Shown here: one piece after another, positions 43,723-55,600 of the stretch
Numbering within the stretch: position 1 is the stretch's first letter
Layout of the letters: each line of letters opens with the position of its first letter
Assembly: GCA_021734245.1 (NCBI GenBank)
Contig: JAIPJH010000004.1
Span: 9,645 to 73,644 of the forward strand
Length of the DNA: 64,000 nt
DNA from: Candidatus Cloacimonadota bacterium
Lineage (GTDB): Bacteria; Cloacimonadota; Cloacimonadia; Cloacimonadales; TCS61
Direction of reading: 5' to 3'
Program-made: the position numbers and the translations under genes
The notes under the pieces: model-generated
Database searches by the model: none
What the model saw: only the letters and a program-made list of their open reading frames with translations
What the model was told of the DNA's origin: nothing

Positions 43723-45166
43723 AACGATTTTTGAACGAACCAGCCCCGGACGTAAAGGTTACACACTTCCAGCTAATGATGTAAATATAAAACCTGAGAG
43801 CTGTATTCCTGAAAAATATCAGAGAAAAAGCGAAGTAAAATTACCTGAAGTTAGCGAACTTGATGTGATGCGTCACTTCTTGGAACTGGCCCACATGAAT
43901 CACTGCATCGAAAAAGGATTCTATCCGCTGGGTTCCTGTACCATGAAATACAATCCCAAAATAAATGAAACTTTAGCTCGAAATACAGGCTTGAATAATC
44001 TGCATCCTTTGCAGGATGAAGATACAGTTCAGGGTGCATTGGAAATTCTTTTTGATCTGCAGGAAATGCTGGCAGAAATTTCTGGTTTCAACCAAGTTAC
44101 TTTGCAGCCGGTTGCTGGAGCTCATGGTGAATTTACCGGACTTAAAGTGATGAAAGCCTATCATGAATCTAAAGGAAATTCTCATAAGAATAAGATCATC
44201 CTGCCGGATTCAGCTCACGGAACAAATCCCGCCAGTGTAACTTTGACAGGTTATGAAGTTGTAGAAATAAAATCCAATGCAGATGGCATGGTTGATATTG
44301 AAGATCTAATAGCACACGTGGACGAAAACACAGCCGGATTTATGCTGACCAATCCCAACACTCTGGGACTTTTCGAAAAACAGGTAGAGGAAATCGCTGA
44401 GATCATTCATGCTGTAGATGGTCTGATTTACATGGATGGCGCTAATTTCAACGCTATTTTAGGAATTGTAAAACCAGGTCAGATCGGTTTTGATATCATG
44501 CATTACAATCTGCACAAAACTTTCGCAACTCCTCATGGTGGAGGCGGTCCTGGTTCTGGTCCTATTGGTGTTCGTGAAGATTTAGCTAAATTTCTTCCAG
44601 CTCCGCTAATCGGGAGAATAGATGATAAATATTTTCTGGATTTTGGTCATGAAGAATCTACCTTTGGTAAAGTTCATTCCTTCTTTGGTAACTTTCTGGT
44701 GAACGTGCGAGCTTATATCTACATCAAAATGGTAGGAAATAAAGGATTGCGTGATATTGCTGAAAATGCGGTCATCAATGCGAACTATCTTATGAAAAAC
44801 CTGGAAAATTTTTACAATATACCACACAAAGATATTTACTGTATGCATGAATTTGTAGCCAGCGGAGAATGGCAGAAACAGAAATATGGAATCAAAACTT
44901 TAGATATTGCCAAACGCATTCTGGATAAAGGTTTCCATGCACCAACCATCTACTTTCCGCTTATCGTGCACGAAGCTATGATGATCGAACCGACCGAAAC
45001 CGAAAGCAAGGAAACCCTGGATGAATTTGTTGCTGCCATGATCGAGATCGCCAAAGAGTGCGAGGAAAATCCTGAACTGCTGACAAATGCACCGCAGAAT
45101 ACACCAGTAAAACGCGTGGATGATACGCTGGCAGTGCGGCAATTAAATGTGAAATTTGAGTGGTAA
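43712..45166 (+). CDS. gcvPB: Glycine dehydrogenase (decarboxylating) subunit 2
   Basis: 484 aa. LGSCTMKYNP, NLHKTFATPHGGGGPG (PLP lysine context). Overlaps the gcvPA stop. Confidence 0.93.
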   Translation: MMAKTIFERTSPGRKGYTLPANDVNIKPESCIPEKYQRKSEVKLPEVSELDVMRHFLELAHMNHCIEKGFYPLGSCTMKYNPKINETLARNTGLNNLHPLQDEDTVQGALEILFDLQEMLAEISGFNQVTLQPVAGAHGEFTGLKVMKAYHESKGNSHKNKIILPDSAHGTNPASVTLTGYEVVEIKSNADGMVDIEDLIAHVDENTAGFMLTNPNTLGLFEKQVEEIAEIIHAVDGLIYMDGANFNAILGIVKPGQIGFDIMHYNLHKTFATPHGGGGPGSGPIGVREDLAKFLPAPLIGRIDDKYFLDFGHEESTFGKVHSFFGNFLVNVRAYIYIKMVGNKGLRDIAENAVINANYLMKNLENFYNIPHKDIYCMHEFVASGEWQKQKYGIKTLDIAKRILDKGFHAPTIYFPLIVHEAMMIEPTETESKETLDEFVAAMIEIAKECEENPELLTNAPQNTPVKRVDDTLAVRQLNVKFEW

Positions 45167-45248
45167 GGTTTAGCAACGAACCTGTCTTCGCAAAAGCTTC
45201 GCCAAGGCAGGCAAAACTAACAAAAACGAACTTTTGAATAAATTGTGC

Positions 45249-45278
45249 CGGACGGTTTGCAAGCCGTCCGCTTTTTTT
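45249..45278 (+). terminator. Rho-independent terminator of gcvPB
   Basis: CGGACGG-tttgcaag-CCGTCCG followed by CTTTTTTT. Confidence 0.8.
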
Positions 45279-45295
45279 CTCTCTACTATCTTCCT

Positions 45296-45360
45296 ATAGC
45301 TTCTCCCATGAATTCCATGGGCTGAAAAAATGAGAATATTATTTCCCTTGATTGATTACT
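45296..45360. repeat. Partial copy of the ~260-bp multi-hairpin repeat (3' portion)
   Basis: TTCTCCCATGAATTCCATGGGCT...ATTATTTCCCTTGATTGATTA parallels TTCCCACGAATAAATTCATGGGCT...ATTTTCTTTTATTTCAATTGATTA in copy 2. Confidence 0.5.
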
Positions 45361-45470
45361 AAAAAAGATCCTTTTTCGCAGGATGCGTGTAGTTTTTTTT
45401 TGATTTGACAGTAAATGGTATTTTTTAAGAATCAAGAAACGTTGAATCATTATCAAAGAGGGGGGAAAAG

Positions 45471-46580
45471 ATGCAAAAAATTAAAATCATTTTTATCTTG
45501 ATTGTTCCTATTGTTTTTTTTCTGATTTTAGCAGGTTGTTGTGAAGATTGTACCGCACCGGATAACGTCACTCCAGATCTGCTGGGTTGGGCAGTGGGAG
45601 GTGAAATTGGAGGCGACGGGATCATTCTTCACACAGAAGATGGCGGTATCACCTGGGAACAGCAACAGGATTCACTGCTTTTTGACGGAGTGCATTTTTC
45701 GGATATCTGCATCATAGATCAAAATACATTAATCGCTGTTGGTGGTCTGAAATCTGATGGAACTTACAGTGTACTAAAGTCGGAAGATGCCGGAGAAACC
45801 TGGGAATTATCGGGTGATCATTCTCTGGAAAATGTTTCGTACGAATGCATCTTTGCTCTTGATGAAAACAACATCTGGATCGTAGGTGAGCAGGGTTGTC
45901 TGTATTACTCCAGCGATATTGCAGAAACGTGGACGAAAATCGAAGTTCCAACAGATTATCAACAGGATCTTCTGCTGCGTATTGCTGCTGTTAGCACCGA
46001 TGAATTGTGGATCGGTACGGATAAACATATTGACGGTAATCTAAATTATCCGCGCCTGCTGCATACAACCGATGGCGGAGCAAACTGGGAAGTTTTAAAT
46101 GTATTGGAAGATCTTCAGGTTCAGGGAACAGAAAACGGCCATTTTCTGGGTATCAAGACTTTTGGAAACAGCGTGTGGGCAATTGGCGGCTTTGGAAAAT
46201 TTGTATTACGTTCTGGTGATAATGGCAACACCTGGGAAGATATTTTTCAATCAAATTCAAATTGTGATGCAAACGATCTTTTCGTGCTGAGTGAAACCGA
46301 AGCCTACATGGTTGCTGACTATGGGGGAATCTTCAGTACAAATGATGGTGGAATGCATTGGACAGAATACCATGCTAACACAAATACCTGGGTTGTGGGA
46401 TTGGCTGTAATAGACAAGACCAACCTGTGGATTACCGGCAGCCCAGGAGGATGGGGAGAAACTTCGATCATTATGCACTCTTCGGATGGCGGTTTTTCCT
46501 GGCAGGATCAAACACCTCAACTCCTGCTGGATAATTCTGACAGAAGTATGTATAAGATCAGATTTATGAAGGATGAATGA
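45471..46580 (+). CDS. BNR/Asp-box repeat beta-propeller lipoprotein (Ycf48-like)
   Basis: Lipobox LAGC. Seven S/TxDxGxxW repeats (TEDGGITW, SEDAGETW, SSDIAETW, TTDGGANW, SGDNGNTW, TNDGGMHW, SSDGGFSW). Confidence 0.85.
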   Translation: MQKIKIIFILIVPIVFFLILAGCCEDCTAPDNVTPDLLGWAVGGEIGGDGIILHTEDGGITWEQQQDSLLFDGVHFSDICIIDQNTLIAVGGLKSDGTYSVLKSEDAGETWELSGDHSLENVSYECIFALDENNIWIVGEQGCLYYSSDIAETWTKIEVPTDYQQDLLLRIAAVSTDELWIGTDKHIDGNLNYPRLLHTTDGGANWEVLNVLEDLQVQGTENGHFLGIKTFGNSVWAIGGFGKFVLRSGDNGNTWEDIFQSNSNCDANDLFVLSETEAYMVADYGGIFSTNDGGMHWTEYHANTNTWVVGLAVIDKTNLWITGSPGGWGETSIIMHSSDGGFSWQDQTPQLLLDNSDRSMYKIRFMKDE

Positions 46581-46598
46581 AAGTCTACAAATTCAATT

Positions 46599-46625
46599 GG
46601 GCGATTTTTACATCGCCCTTTTTAT
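46599..46625. terminator. Terminator hairpin between convergent genes
   Basis: GGGCGAT-ttttac-ATCGCCC followed by TTTTTATTT on the plus strand. It lies between the 46580 (+) and 46668 (-) gene ends. Confidence 0.75.
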
Positions 46626-46667
46626 TTACATATTACAATGTTGTTAAAAAAAATTGTGATATTTCCT

Positions 46668-47783
46668 TCACAAACCAAATACAAATTGATTCTTCATAAT
46701 TGCCTGTTCAAACTCATAAACCAGTGAATCCATTAATTCCTTAACAGAAATAATTTTTTCAACACGCCAGGCATTGGCTCCGGCAAAGCTGAAACCGTTT
46801 TTCAATTCACCGATCTTGGCTTTCATCAAAGCATTGGCTATGCAATAAAGTGATGTTTTGAAATCACAGGTTTTCAGGCATTTCCAGGGACAGCGAAAAG
46901 GTTTTTTTATTCCTGCTTTCACGTCATTCAAAAAGTCATTTAAAATGGCTCTTCCCGGCAAGCCGACAGGGCTTTGAATAATGACAATATCTTCCTTTTT
47001 GCATTTGATGTATTGATTTTTAAATTCGATATCAGCATCACATTCTTCGGTAGCTACAAATCGCGTTCCCAGTTGTACTCCGCTGGCACCAAGATGCAAA
47101 AATTTGAAAATATCATTTCCATCATAAATTCCTCCACCTGCAATTACGGGAATAGTTTTTCGATATTTGCTTTCATAAACTTTAAGTTCATCACAAACAG
47201 CTGGTGTAATTTTTTCCAATGAAAAGTCTGGATCATCTAATTGCTCCGGTTTGAAACCAAGATGTCCACCAGCCAGCGGTCCTTCCACAACTACTGCATC
47301 TGGTACAAAACCAAAATGTTTATCCCAGCTTTTAAAGATAAGTTTTGCAGCTCTTGCAGATGAAACGATCGGCGCAACTTTGGTCTCAGAATTTCTTAGT
47401 GTATCTAATGAAATTCCTTGTGGTAATTTTATGGGTAATCCTGCTCCCAGAAAGAGAATATCTATCTTCTCTTCTAATGCAACTCTTACCATGTCATCAA
47501 AATCCGATATTGCCACCATGATATTCAATCCAATGATTCCATCTGATAGTTTTCTGGCTTTACGAATTTCCTGCCGTAAGGCTATCTGGTTATCTTCCTG
47601 ATATGTTTTTCGGGTAGAATGGTTAAGTAAACCCAACCCTACAGATGAAATTACACCTATTCCACCGGCATTAGCTACTGCTGAAGCTAAACCCGCCATT
47701 GATATTCCAACTCCCATTCCACCTTGGATTATGGGAAGTTTTGCAACTAAATTTCCTATTTTTAATTCTGGTATTCTAATCAT
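46668..47783 (-). CDS. Nitronate monooxygenase / FabK-like FMN oxidoreductase (NPD family)
   Basis: PIIQGGMGVGIS..ANAGGIGVIS, AGGGIYDG and GVQLGTRF motifs. AGGAGG RBS. Confidence 0.8.
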   Translation of the reverse strand: MIRIPELKIGNLVAKLPIIQGGMGVGISMAGLASAVANAGGIGVISSVGLGLLNHSTRKTYQEDNQIALRQEIRKARKLSDGIIGLNIMVAISDFDDMVRVALEEKIDILFLGAGLPIKLPQGISLDTLRNSETKVAPIVSSARAAKLIFKSWDKHFGFVPDAVVVEGPLAGGHLGFKPEQLDDPDFSLEKITPAVCDELKVYESKYRKTIPVIAGGGIYDGNDIFKFLHLGASGVQLGTRFVATEECDADIEFKNQYIKCKKEDIVIIQSPVGLPGRAILNDFLNDVKAGIKKPFRCPWKCLKTCDFKTSLYCIANALMKAKIGELKNGFSFAGANAWRVEKIISVKELMDSLVYEFEQAIMKNQFVFGL

Positions 47784-47843
47784 ATTTCCTCCTAAAATAT
47801 TCGACTATTTTTGTTTTTTAGTCGAATATTAATTAAAAAAAAT

Positions 47844-48416
47844 TCAGTTTCTCACTTCAATTCCTTTAAAAATTATTTCCATCATCTGTTTGCTGTCCCG
47901 CTCCAGATCTTGCGACTTTTGCACAAAAAGTGGATACTCTAAACCTTTGATGGCTATTGCGATCATTCTAACTACGACATCCACTTTGCAAGGTGTGAAA
48001 GCACTCTGAGAAATTCCTTCATTTATCAGATTACTTAATACATTTGATTCGAAGTTATAGAAATCTTCTCTTACCTGTTCTATAAAAAAATAATGGTCCA
48101 GGTATTCATTTGTAAGAGTTTTGTAATAATTGCTAAGCTCTTTTAAATGGAGCATTCGTGTGCGTACATACTGCATGATTTTATCTTGCGGAGAATATGC
48201 TTTACTGATAGCGTCTTGCAATTTTATTCTGAAAAGTTCCGAGTCAATTCTCACAATTTCCGCAAAGATATCTTCTTTATTTTTGAAGTAATAATACATG
48301 GTCGATTTTGCCATTCTCGCTTTAGCAGCAATTTCGTTCATAGTGGTTTTTTTGAAACCGTAAGTGACAATAAGTTCTTTTGCTGCTTGTACTATCCTAT
48401 CCTTTTTTTCATCCAT
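47844..48416 (-). CDS. TetR/AcrR family transcriptional regulator
   Basis: N-terminal HTH FKKTTMNEIAAKARMAKSTMYYYFKNKEDIF. 190 aa. Lies upstream of the NPD gene on the same strand. Confidence 0.88.
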   Translation of the reverse strand: MDEKKDRIVQAAKELIVTYGFKKTTMNEIAAKARMAKSTMYYYFKNKEDIFAEIVRIDSELFRIKLQDAISKAYSPQDKIMQYVRTRMLHLKELSNYYKTLTNEYLDHYFFIEQVREDFYNFESNVLSNLINEGISQSAFTPCKVDVVVRMIAIAIKGLEYPLFVQKSQDLERDSKQMMEIIFKGIEVRN

Positions 48417-48442
48417 AAATTCTCCATTTCACAACTATCGAC

Positions 48443-48471
48443 CAAAAAAGTATTTTGTTCGAATATGTCAA
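48443..48471 (-). promoter_or_regulatory. Promoter candidate TTGACA-N17-TTTTTG for the tetR operon
   Basis: Minus-strand TTGACA (48471-48466), 17-nt spacer containing a TTCGAA palindrome, TTTTTG (48448-48443). Confidence 0.4.
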
Positions 48472-48495
48472 ATAAAAATATTTATTTTTCACGAC

Positions 48496-48753
48496 CATGA
48501 ATTTTTAACCTGTGAAATCAATTCAATTTCACTGGGTCATTAAGGGGAAAATTTTTCAATCCCCTTTATAATAACCATTTTAATGGTTTCAATTTACCAA
48601 AACGGTTGAAACCGTTGCCTTCTATGTTTCCCACATCTCGGTTCCCACGAATAAATTCATGGGCTTTATTGGAGTTGAATATCGGTAAAATTATGGTGGT
48701 ATTTTCTTTTATTTCAATTGATTAGGCTTACTTTACTTGAAGATTTTTCGGGG
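48496..48753. repeat. ~260-bp multi-hairpin interspersed repeat, copy 2
   Basis: Collinear with 23860-24117. Same hairpin series, plus AAGGGGA-N11-TCCCCTT. Same orientation and same context: 3' of a secreted-hydrolase gene and 5' of the next minus-strand gene. Confidence 0.8.
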
Positions 48754-48852
48754 ATAGTTGATAATATTTTTTTAATTGAAAATTATTATCGTGAACTTTG
48801 TGACCTTTAAACTACACGACTGAATCCCGTCAATCCTGCGATCCTGTCCAAT

Positions 48853-48879
48853 AAAAAAACGCCCTGGAAAACCAGGGCG
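48853..48879 (-). terminator. Rho-independent terminator of the C25 peptidase gene
   Basis: Minus strand CGCCCTGG-tttt-CCAGGGCG followed by TTTTTTTATT, 60 nt after the stop. Confidence 0.85.
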
Positions 48880-48938
48880 CTTGTGTTTTGAGACCCAAGA
48901 ATGGAAAACTAAATTTCCGGTCTCAGGTTTATCTTTGC

Positions 48939-51900
48939 TTATTTCAGCATTATCATTTTGCGAGTACTGGTATATCTGCCACCAGCTCTCATTTTATAGA
49001 AATAAACTCCACTTGATACATTTTTCTTATTGGAATCTTTGCCATCCCAACGCGCTGTATAGAATCCAGGTTCCATTTCTTCATTCACCAGAGTAGTTAC
49101 TTTTGCACCTTTAATATTGTAAATATCGATAGTAACTTTACCGGCATCCTTTATAGCGAATTTGATGTCTGTAGTTGGATTGAATGGATTTGGATAATTG
49201 CCGGTAAGTTCTGTTTTGGTTGGAATAAGATTAGGATCGTTTCCAACCATAATTCCGGTTCCTTCCAAAGCGATCTCCAGAGTCGGCTGATTTATCGCAT
49301 TGCTGTTGATTACCAGATCTCCACTGTAAACCATTCCTTCCGTAGGAATAAATTCAACTTCAAATGTCTGGCTGTCTCCAGCATCAATTGTAAAGTTGTC
49401 AACTGCCAGACTAAATCCGGCTGGAGCTGTCATAGTTCCTGTCAGTTCTTCAGTTCCGGGGTTGGAAAGTGTAAACTCTTCGATCACACTTTCACCAACT
49501 TCCACTTCACCAAAATCAATTGAAGAGATATTGGCGTTGACAGCAGGGCCGCTGGCTCCGCCACCACCTAAAATCACATCATCAACATACCAGTTGTTAA
49601 TATCCCATGAGTCACCATCAAATACAAATGCTAGTTGAAAAGTAGTAGAACCTACATCAGAAGTTGTAATTTCAGTTTGCACAATTTCCGGTCCAATATC
49701 ACCGTTTGGATTAATAACCCAGGCATCGTTCCAGGTATTTCCATCCGATGTGGTTTGAATTTTGAGGGCATAACCACCACCGAAATCATCCACCATATGT
49801 TTAAATTCCAGATCAAGACTTTGATTTCCTGTAGTATTGATAACTGGGCAAACCAGTCTTTGAGTTGCCAAAGTAGATGGAGACCAGTAGAATTCGGCTT
49901 CTGGAGCTGTTCCGCCGGCGTTATTTCCTGTACCTGCTATCCAGTTGGTTCCACCTTCTGTATACCAGTCGGTTGGTAGGAATGTATCGAAATATTCTTC
50001 GATAAGATATCCACCGATCTGAGCTCCAAATTGTCCATAACCGGTAATTCCATTATCTCCAGATATATTTAAACTAAAAGTGGCAACGTAAGCTTGTGGT
50101 GTATTAGCAGCAGAAGTTACATTGAAAGAAGCAACCTCTGTGTCTCCAGTAAGAACGTCACCTACTGTACTGTTGGAACTGTTTATTGTAATATATTGAT
50201 CGTTACTTACCAATTCTCCCAACACGTTGAAAGCATCAGCTGAACCGTTGTTTAAAACATCAACCAGAATATCTACAGTTTCGCCAGCATCCCAGAAATA
50301 ATCACCATTTCCAGCTGCTGTGTCATCTATTGTGAATGGCCCCATTTCCAAAATTGGAGCATGAGCCATAAGAGTAAAATTACTTATCCAGGTTTCTGTT
50401 CCATCTGTTGCTTCCATTTCGAAAGCGATAGCATGCATATCAGGAACTGCCGGATCGATTTCGATGGTAAATGCACCCATTTCGGTAACAGTTCCTCCAG
50501 AAGCAATATCACCAAAATCTTGGCTATCGTCTGTAATTGTAACATATTGATCTGAACTGGAAAGTGTAGCAGAAACACCTGTTGCAGGATCGGTTCCCAC
50601 ATTGATCAAAGTCACATCCAAATCTGCTGTTTCAGCATAATCCAGCATGCCGTTATCATTAGCCGCCGAATCATCGATCACACAACTATCAAACATCACA
50701 TAAGCTCCACCAGGAGGAATCACGGAAATATCATCATAAATTGTATCACCGTTGAAAGCTGTTACTGTAAGCTTTGCATCACCGGCTGCCAGATTATGAG
50801 AAAGTGTAACAGATCCAGTAGCATCTGTAATGCCAGTAGCAACTTCACCATCCTGATAAAGTGTAACCATCGCACCTTCGATTGGATTTCCATTGGCGCT
50901 GACGATTGTGGTAAAATCAACTCCCATCAGAACTGCATTATTTGAAAGTGTTAGAGCAGCTGGTGAATCTGTTCTTACTTGTAATGTTGCATCACCAAAA
51001 ACTGTCCATTTTGCCATTTCTTCGGCACCCTGATATCCGTCTTCCATTGCCATTAAAATCGTACCATTGAAACACATTGAACCATAAGTTGTTTTTTGTA
51101 CATCTGTGGTTGTTCCATTTTGGCCTGGATGTAAAGAATAATCATAACCTCCAATAAGCAGGTCATTCATATAATCCTGACCCATCATAGGAGGATTCCA
51201 GGATTGATTTTGGGTAGAGGCTAACATACCAATAGCTCCACCATTCTCTTTCCTTAACCAGGCTTCGGCGAAACAGGTACCACCATTGAAGTTTCCATTT
51301 ACACAGGCAACCGAGATAATGAAGGGAAGCATTTCACCATTGGTCAGCATATTCACATGTGAATTACTGAAACCTGAAGAACCCCAGGAAGTTGTAGAAC
51401 CATGTCCAGTATAATTAATAATACTAACCCCATTATTTACAGCTGTTCCCACGCCGGCAGCGCTGGCAGATGGATCGAACTGAGTTTCATGTGAAGTATA
51501 AGTTAGTTGAGAAAGTTTATCATCATAGATCACATTAATGTGTTCATAATCCAATTCATTATCATCGCCAGGACCTTGATTGGAAGCAATTCCCAAAGCT
51601 GTTGTATACCAACTTGCTCCGGTTTGAGGAGTTTGTTCATATGTAATCGATTTATTAACTTGAGTAATTACATCTGTTTCGTTACTTGCACTGAATCTTC
51701 CAATAACCAGATCAGGATAAACATCCGTTCCAACTACACAACCCAAATTGGGATCTGCCGGATCTCCACCCATCACAGCGCCAGAAATGTCTTCCCAATC
51801 TCCAACGATTTGAACATAAAGAATATCATTATTGTTATTGTATGAAGTTTCCACTAATGTTTGCACATTTGTTCCCGTAGCAACCAACTCTTCATAAACG

Positions 51901-52664
51901 GTATAACCCATTTCTTTTTTCCACTGAATCCAGGGTTGGATAGCATTTTCGTCTCGAGCAGTATAGATAACCAGGATTGAGCCGTATTGATCTAATTCAT
52001 TAACGAATCTGGAATTGTCATAATTGATAAATAAGGTGCTGTACATGAAATGTGATTCGCGGGTAATTCTGGAGCTGTCTACAGGAAGAGGATTGATAAC
52101 TGAAGTATTATTTTCCACCAGGGAAACAGTTACAGAAGTATAAACTCTCAGCACGTTTCTAGCTGCATTGTATTGGAAGGGATAAACGTAAACATTTGTA
52201 CCACGAACTGATCTAATTACAAAAGGCTCTCCAACTTCTGCCACATTTTCCGGATAAAATTCATCTGTAATGGAATTAGGATCGATCAAATATGGGATCA
52301 GATCAGGATTTTGATTACGATAGATCGTTCCACGAGAAGGAAGCATTGGATAGTTCAGATCATATTCTTCATATTCAAAATCTGTAACCATCGGTGTTAC
52401 ATTCCTGTTCTCCAATTGCACGGTTGCATTGATATAAGGAAGTTCTGCCCAACCTGCTTTTTTGGTTGTAACGCCTCCACCAAATTCAATTTTGGAATAC
52501 ATTTCTCCATTTTTCATGGTTTCGTCCAGTCGAAAATCTCCTAATTCAAAATCCAGTTGATATTCCGAAAAGGAAGGACGACTGAAACTTACATCAAATC
52601 CATTGTTGGCAAACAGCATCAAGCTGCCAAGAATGAGTAATAAAACTAATAAATTCTTTTTCAT
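48939..52664 (-). CDS. Gingipain-like cysteine peptidase (C25 family) with T9SS C-terminal sorting domain
   Basis: 1241 aa. Signal peptide. YVQIVGDWEDI, GRFSASN, INYTGHGSTTSW (His) and FIISVACVNGNF (Cys). Ig-like repeats. CTD NYPNPFNPTTDIKF...KMIMLK. Confidence 0.85.
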   Translation of the reverse strand: MKKNLLVLLLILGSLMLFANNGFDVSFSRPSFSEYQLDFELGDFRLDETMKNGEMYSKIEFGGGVTTKKAGWAELPYINATVQLENRNVTPMVTDFEYEEYDLNYPMLPSRGTIYRNQNPDLIPYLIDPNSITDEFYPENVAEVGEPFVIRSVRGTNVYVYPFQYNAARNVLRVYTSVTVSLVENNTSVINPLPVDSSRITRESHFMYSTLFINYDNSRFVNELDQYGSILVIYTARDENAIQPWIQWKKEMGYTVYEELVATGTNVQTLVETSYNNNNDILYVQIVGDWEDISGAVMGGDPADPNLGCVVGTDVYPDLVIGRFSASNETDVITQVNKSITYEQTPQTGASWYTTALGIASNQGPGDDNELDYEHINVIYDDKLSQLTYTSHETQFDPSASAAGVGTAVNNGVSIINYTGHGSTTSWGSSGFSNSHVNMLTNGEMLPFIISVACVNGNFNGGTCFAEAWLRKENGGAIGMLASTQNQSWNPPMMGQDYMNDLLIGGYDYSLHPGQNGTTTDVQKTTYGSMCFNGTILMAMEDGYQGAEEMAKWTVFGDATLQVRTDSPAALTLSNNAVLMGVDFTTIVSANGNPIEGAMVTLYQDGEVATGITDATGSVTLSHNLAAGDAKLTVTAFNGDTIYDDISVIPPGGAYVMFDSCVIDDSAANDNGMLDYAETADLDVTLINVGTDPATGVSATLSSSDQYVTITDDSQDFGDIASGGTVTEMGAFTIEIDPAVPDMHAIAFEMEATDGTETWISNFTLMAHAPILEMGPFTIDDTAAGNGDYFWDAGETVDILVDVLNNGSADAFNVLGELVSNDQYITINSSNSTVGDVLTGDTEVASFNVTSAANTPQAYVATFSLNISGDNGITGYGQFGAQIGGYLIEEYFDTFLPTDWYTEGGTNWIAGTGNNAGGTAPEAEFYWSPSTLATQRLVCPVINTTGNQSLDLEFKHMVDDFGGGYALKIQTTSDGNTWNDAWVINPNGDIGPEIVQTEITTSDVGSTTFQLAFVFDGDSWDINNWYVDDVILGGGGASGPAVNANISSIDFGEVEVGESVIEEFTLSNPGTEELTGTMTAPAGFSLAVDNFTIDAGDSQTFEVEFIPTEGMVYSGDLVINSNAINQPTLEIALEGTGIMVGNDPNLIPTKTELTGNYPNPFNPTTDIKFAIKDAGKVTIDIYNIKGAKVTTLVNEEMEPGFYTARWDGKDSNKKNVSSGVYFYKMRAGGRYTSTRKMIMLK

Positions 52665-52689
52665 TTTTCACCTACCTATTTTAATTTGT

Positions 52690-55600
52690 TTATTTCAATA
52701 ACAACATTTTCTTAACGCTGGTATAGTCGGTTTCTCCCACGAATAACTCGTAGAAATAAACGCCACTTGTAACCTGCTTATTATTATCGTCTTTTCCGTT
52801 CCAGGTAAGATTGTAATAACCTGCCTGTTGAACTTCGTTTACGAGTATTTTTACTTTCTGACCTTTGGTATTAAATATCACTAATTTAACATCAGAATTC
52901 TGATTCAATCCATAACTGATATTTGTAGTCGGATTGAAAGGATTCGGATGATTTCCATACAATTCAGTTACCAATGGAATAAGGTCATTTGTTCCTGTTG
53001 CCACACCGGTTCCACTTACAGGAATTTCAATCAATGCCTGATTCGGGTCATTACTGCTGATCTCGATATTGCCGTCATAAAGCATTCCTTGTGTTGGGGC
53101 AAATTCAATTTCTACAGTGATGTCTTCATTTGGAGGAATTGTGAAATTTTCTTCATTTCTGGTGGGAAGTGTTACGGTAAATCCATCTGGAGTTAAAATC
53201 GTTCCGGTAAGTTCTGCCGTTCCCAGATTCTGAAGTGTAAAATCTTCGATTACTGTTTCACCAACATTCACATCACCAAAAGCTATTTCTGTGATATTTA
53301 CATTTATAATAGGAGTAGCTGTTCCGCCGATTCCCGGGAATACGATGTAATCGATCCAGGCACAATCGCTGCCGCTGCTGACTGAATAATCTTTTTCATA
53401 AGACCATTTGAATTCTGTATCATCGCCAGCTGTTACTGCATAAGTTACTTCACTCCAGCTTTCTTCACCTGCCCATTCTTCTTTCAAAGTTCCATTTATA
53501 TAAAATCTCAGATAATCGTAATTATCTTCCGAAGATACTTTCCTGAAGAAACTGATCTCGTCGTCGGCAGGAATATCCAGAACCAATGTAAGTTCGGCAT
53601 TCTGATTGTGAGAAATAGTTTGCGACTTGGCACTGTAAACACCTTCGTAAGGATTTAAGTTTGTTACTTCCCAGCCATAGGTTCCCATCTGCCAGTCGAA
53701 CATACTGAAATCGCCTGTTTCGAAATCTTCAAAAACAAGACCGATAGGAAGATTGAGAGTTTCAGATGCATTATACTCACCTGCATTGGCTGCAAATCCT
53801 AAAGTTGCAATAGTTCCGGGTTGAGCATCATCAGCTACTTCCACCTCAAAATCTGCCCAAACTTCCTCGCCGATATTTACAGCAGGAATATTAACCGTGT
53901 CTACCAGAAGTGTGATAACATCAGGAGATGCATTGGTCAATTCTGCGATCATGTCAGGTGATAAAGCATTACCGGCATTGGTTATTGGAATTGAAACTGT
54001 AGCAGTTTCGCCGGGATCTAAAAGACCATTTCCGCCATTATCATCTATCACATAAGGTCCTACATCAAAAGCAGGAGCATTGAAAGTTATATTTATTGTT
54101 GAACCCCAGGTAGAAGAACCTGTGATTTCCACATTGAACATTGCAATATGCTGATCTGGAATATCATCAGCTACTTCAATTTCAAAAGCATCCAGAATCT
54201 CAACGATCGTACCGGTTGTGATGTCTCCAATATTTGTTGTGGAACCTGTAATGTTTACATAAGTATCGGTTGTGCTGAGTGTAGCAGTTACATTTGTAGC
54301 ATTATCAGTTCCCACATTCTCAAAACTCATATCAAGACCGATCGTCTCATTGTATTCGGGAATGTTATTGTTATCATCTGTGATTTCAAATGATTCTACA
54401 ACCACATACGGTCCACCACTTGGAATCACTTCGATCTGAGCGATAACAGGGATTTTATTTTGTCTGGAAATCACAATATCAGCCATGCCAGGATTTGTAA
54501 ATGCATCAAATCCCAAAGTTGCAACGCCTGTTTCATCTACAAGAACGGTACCATGAATTACGCCATCCAATGAAAGCGAAACATAGGAATAGGGTTCTGC
54601 ACTCACTTGAATTTCATCCAGACCCAGGAAAATCACATCGGGATAACTGACCATATTTTCGGCAGGAACGCCCAGATAAACCTCCAGAGAAGGATCGCCC
54701 ATGATGGCATAAATTTCCCAGTAATAATTGATCATGCCACCACCTTCAGTTACAGACAGGTTGCCGCGATAGATCATTCCGGCGGTAGTTGTATACCAAT
54801 CTTCAAATGGCTCACCATTATCATGGAAAAGTCCGTCATAAACTCCTAATCCGGTAGTAGCATAAGTTGGGTTTGCAGTAACTGTTCCGGCTCCAACACC
54901 CCACCAGTAATCTTCATCCCAGTAAGTGCTGTTCGTTCCACCAATGTAACCAATTGCCCCTTTATCTTCAGCACGAAGCCAGGCTTCACCAAAACAGGTT
55001 CCAACTTCAAATTTATTGGTAAGACAGCAGTTCCCTACAGCAAGGCAGTATTCTCCGCTGTTCTGTAAACTGTTTATGTTTGCAATTGTAAATGATGGAT
55101 CGCTCCAACTTGTGGAACTTCCATGAGCAGTATAATTGATATAGCCTACACCATCGCTTACATTTTGTACGATCTGAGAAGAAGAACTTCCAGAAGAAGG
55201 ATACAGATATGTGTGAGAAGTAATTCCATGAGCAAGATTAAAATAATTTTCTGTGCCATAATTGATCTGCCCATTTCCCCAGGTGCTGCCATGCGATGAA
55301 TCCATTCCGGCTATCATTACCACTTCGCCCAGATAACTTGGATCGGGCATGTCAAATTTCTCATACATCAACGTTTTATCTATTTGCGGTTGGAGTTGAG
55401 CTGTTGTTTGAGCAGAAAATCTTCCATAATACATATCGGGAACTATATCAGGACCATCCAATTTTACATAATTCAAATCTGTTACATGGCTTCCTGTAGA
55501 ACCACTCCAAGCTGGAATTTGCTGTACATCACCCACGAAAAGTACAAATGACGGTGCCGGATCGTCTGGAGTAGCAGCATCATATAGACCCTGCAGATAA